64,000 nt of DNA, taken from the NCBI GenBank assembly GCA_002269645.1, contig NIVC01003957.1, positions 1 through 64,000 on the forward strand, given 5' to 3'. This document shows, piece by piece, positions 61,645 to 64,000 of the stretch (within the stretch, counting starts at the first letter, position 1; every line of letters begins with the position of its first letter). Origin of the DNA: Macrostomum lignano. Taxonomy: Eukaryota. Below the pieces are notes generated by a model. The model made no database searches. It worked only from the letters and a program-made list of their open reading frames with translations, and was not told the DNA's origin. The translations under genes were made by a program, and so were the position numbers.

Positions 61645-62560
61645 CGTCTATTAACTCATCTGGCGCCATGTCTATTAGCCCATCTGGCGCCATGTCTATT
61701 AGCCCATCTGGCGCCATGTCTATTAGCCCATCTGGCGCCATGTCTATTAGCCCATCTGGCGCCATGTCTATTAGCCCATCTGGCGCCATGTCTATTAGCC
61801 CATCTGGCGCCATGTCTATTAGCCCATCTGGCGCCATGTCTATTAGCCCATCTGGCGCCATGTCTATTAGCCCATCTGGCGCCATGTCTATTAGCCCATC
61901 TGGCGCCATGTCTATTAGCCCATCTGGCGCCATGTCTATTAGCCCATCTGGCGCCATGTCTATTAGCCCATCTGGCGCCATGTCTATTAGCCCATCTGGC
62001 GCCATGTCTATTAGCCCATCTGGCGCCATGTCTATTAACCCATCTGGCGCTATGTCTATTAGCCCATCTGGCGCCATGTCTATTAACCCATCTGGCGCTA
62101 TGTCTATTAGCCCATCTGGCGCCATGTCTATTAGCCCATCTGGCGCCATGTCTATTAGCCCATCTGGCGCCATGTCTAACCTATCTGGCGCCATGCCTAT
62201 TGGCTTATCTGGCGCCATGTCTATTGGCTTTTCTGACGCCATGTCTAATAAACTGGCGCCATGTCTATTAGCCCATCTGGCGCCATGTCTATTAGCCTAT
62301 CTGGCGCCATGTCTAACCCATCTGGCGCCATGCCTATTGGCTTATCTGGCGCCATGTCTATTGGCTTTTCTGACGCCATGTCTAATAAACTGGCGCCATG
62401 TCTATTAGCCCATCTGGCGCCATGTCTATTAGTCCATCTGGCGCCATGTCTATTAACTCATCTGACGCCATGTCTAATAACTTATCTGGCGCCATGTATA
62501 ATAAACCATCTTACGCCATTTCTATTATCCCATCTGGCGCTATATCTTTATCAACCTGGC
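61645..62560. repeat. Minisatellite, 24-bp unit (gcccatctggcgccatgtctatta)
   Basis: More than 30 tandem copies downstream of the M28 gene. Confidence 0.95.
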
Positions 62561-62599
62561 ACCAACCGCAATCAATCAAAGCCAATTCGAATCCATCGT

Positions 62600-63386
62600 T
62601 CAGTCAGCAAAACTGTCAGACATAATTTTAGTCACCGAAGCCAGACTCAGGATACTGGTCTCAACCAGCTTCATCAACTGTCGCCTCCTGTCCGCTTCCT
62701 CGGCACTGTTTGATGGGAAGCTGGCGGCGAAGAGGTTGGCGAAGGCCGGCTCGTCCGCCAGCAGGTTGGCAATGGACTGGCTCGGGTACACCGACCTGTA
62801 CACGAAGGCCTGCTGCACCTCCATCAGCTTGTCGTTGGCCATCCTCAGCCGCAGGAGGGCTCGAGCCGGATCCTCCTGCACCGGGCCGCCGTCCAGCCAC
62901 AGCCGCCGCAGCGGCTCGAGCGTCTCAGATTCGAAACGGCGCAGCGCCCGTCTGGCGCGACGCATCTGGCGTCGAAACTCGGCCTCCATGGTCGCCCAGC
63001 CAGCCGGTTGGTCCTGGGTTCGAGTCCACAGCGACACCCTGGCTTGGCCAACCAGCCTGCCCATGGCGTACTCGATCTCCTGGGAGAACTCGGTGAGATT
63101 CCCGGCAGCACGGCGGAATCCAGCAGGGTGTACACAATGCCCAGGTAGTTCTGCACTGTGGCCAGGTGCGCCCTGCCTCCGGGGTCGATCATCCGGTAGA
63201 GCCTGGCGGTGTCGTACCGGCTGTGGTAGAGGTCGTACACAACCATGCGGTCTCGTTGGGCCGGATGTAGGACAGGTCCACGATGGGGACGCCCAGCGTG
63301 CGCCAGAACACGTAGTAGTCGGAGTAGGCGTCTGGCGTCTTGTAGAAGTGGTAGCGACTGTCGCCGTTGGGGTCCGGGTTGGGCAC
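62600..63386 (-). CDS. Last exon of an M28 peptidase (glutamate carboxypeptidase II/NAALADase/transferrin-receptor-like) gene, with two 1-nt frameshifts
   Basis: Acceptor AG at 63388-87. SDYYVFWRTLGVPIVDLSY..YDLYHSRYDT..YRMIDP matches the end of the M28 domain; LDSAVLP..LRMANDKLMEVQQAF matches the TfR-like dimerisation domain. The frame changes at ~63247 and ~63105. The rest of the gene lies beyond the window. Confidence 0.75.
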
Positions 63387-63419
63387 CTGTTGCAGGAGAG
63401 GGAGCGAAGAGGGAGCGAA

Positions 63420-64000
63420 GAGGGTCAGAGGAGGCTGGATCGGGCGTCAGAGATACCAGTATGGAGTGTCAGGAGGGGCTGGATCGGGTGTCAGAGATGC
63501 TAATATGGAGTGTCAGGAGAGGCTGGATCGGGTGTCAGAGATACTAATATGGAGTGTCAGGAGAGGCTGGATCGGGTGTCAGAGATGCTAATATGGAGTG
63601 TCAGGAGAGGCTGGAACGGGTGTCAGAGATGCTAATATGGAGTGTCAGGAGAGGCTGGAACGGGTGTCAGAGATGCTAATATGGAGTGTCAGGAGGGCTG
63701 GATCGGGTGTCAGAGATACTAATATGGAGTGTCAGGAGAGGCTGGAACGGGTGTCAGAGATGCCAGTATGGAGTGTCAGGAGAGGCTGGAACGGGTGTCA
63801 GAGATGCCAGTATGGAGTGTCAGGAGAGGCTGGAACGGGTGTCAGAGATGCTAATATGGAGTGTCAGGAGGGGCTGGAACGGGTGTCAGAGATGCTAATA
63901 TGGAGTGTCAGGAGAGGCTGGAACGGGTGTCAGAGATGCCAGTATGGAGTGTCAGGAGAGGCTGGAACGGGTGTCAGAGATGCTAATATGGAGTGTCAGG
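63420..64000. repeat. Intronic minisatellite, 44-bp unit (ggagtgtcaggagaggctggaacgggtgtcagagatgctaatat)
   Basis: Tandem copies continue to the window end. Confidence 0.95.

Noticed and set aside
61580-62408. Long ORFs MAPDGLID(n), LAHLAPC(n) and MSISPSGA(n)
   Set aside because: These are translations of a stop-free 24-bp unit in several frames on both strands, with no unique coding sequence or splice context.

Overview
This is eukaryotic (metazoan) genomic DNA with GC-rich exons and introns that almost all carry their own tandem minisatellite. That architecture and gene style would fit a free-living flatworm such as Macrostomum, but the species is an inference only. Genes, left to right: the last two exons of CoA synthase (COASY, +); a degenerate Ty3/Gypsy pol fragment (-); a complete 15-exon fibrillar collagen gene (+, 5865-23009: signal peptide, VWC, Thr-rich stretch, ~1009-residue helix, COLFI) carrying a very young 4339-bp Gypsy LTR element with identical LTRs and a GAGAG target-site duplication in one intron; an internally deleted Tc1/mariner element; tRNA-Glu(CTC); an intronless SSUH2 homolog (-); an 8-exon ammonium transporter (+); GOLGA7 (-); argininosuccinate synthase ASS1 (-); an A20/AN1 zinc-finger gene (ZFAND5/6-like, -); an orphan polyQ/polyS/polyA ORF (+); and the last exon of an M28 (GCPII/NAALADase/TfR-like) gene (-) with two 1-nt frameshifts. 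The most unusual element is the collagen. It has a 16-residue non-collagenous break in the middle of the major helix, four in-register Gly substitutions, nine N-G-T/S sequons in the helix, a mucin-like segment where the minor helix should be, and a C-propeptide lacking both interchain cysteines and the coiled-coil stalk. Several intronic arrays are built from splice-site-like or shared core motifs. There is no CRISPR array or prokaryotic system.
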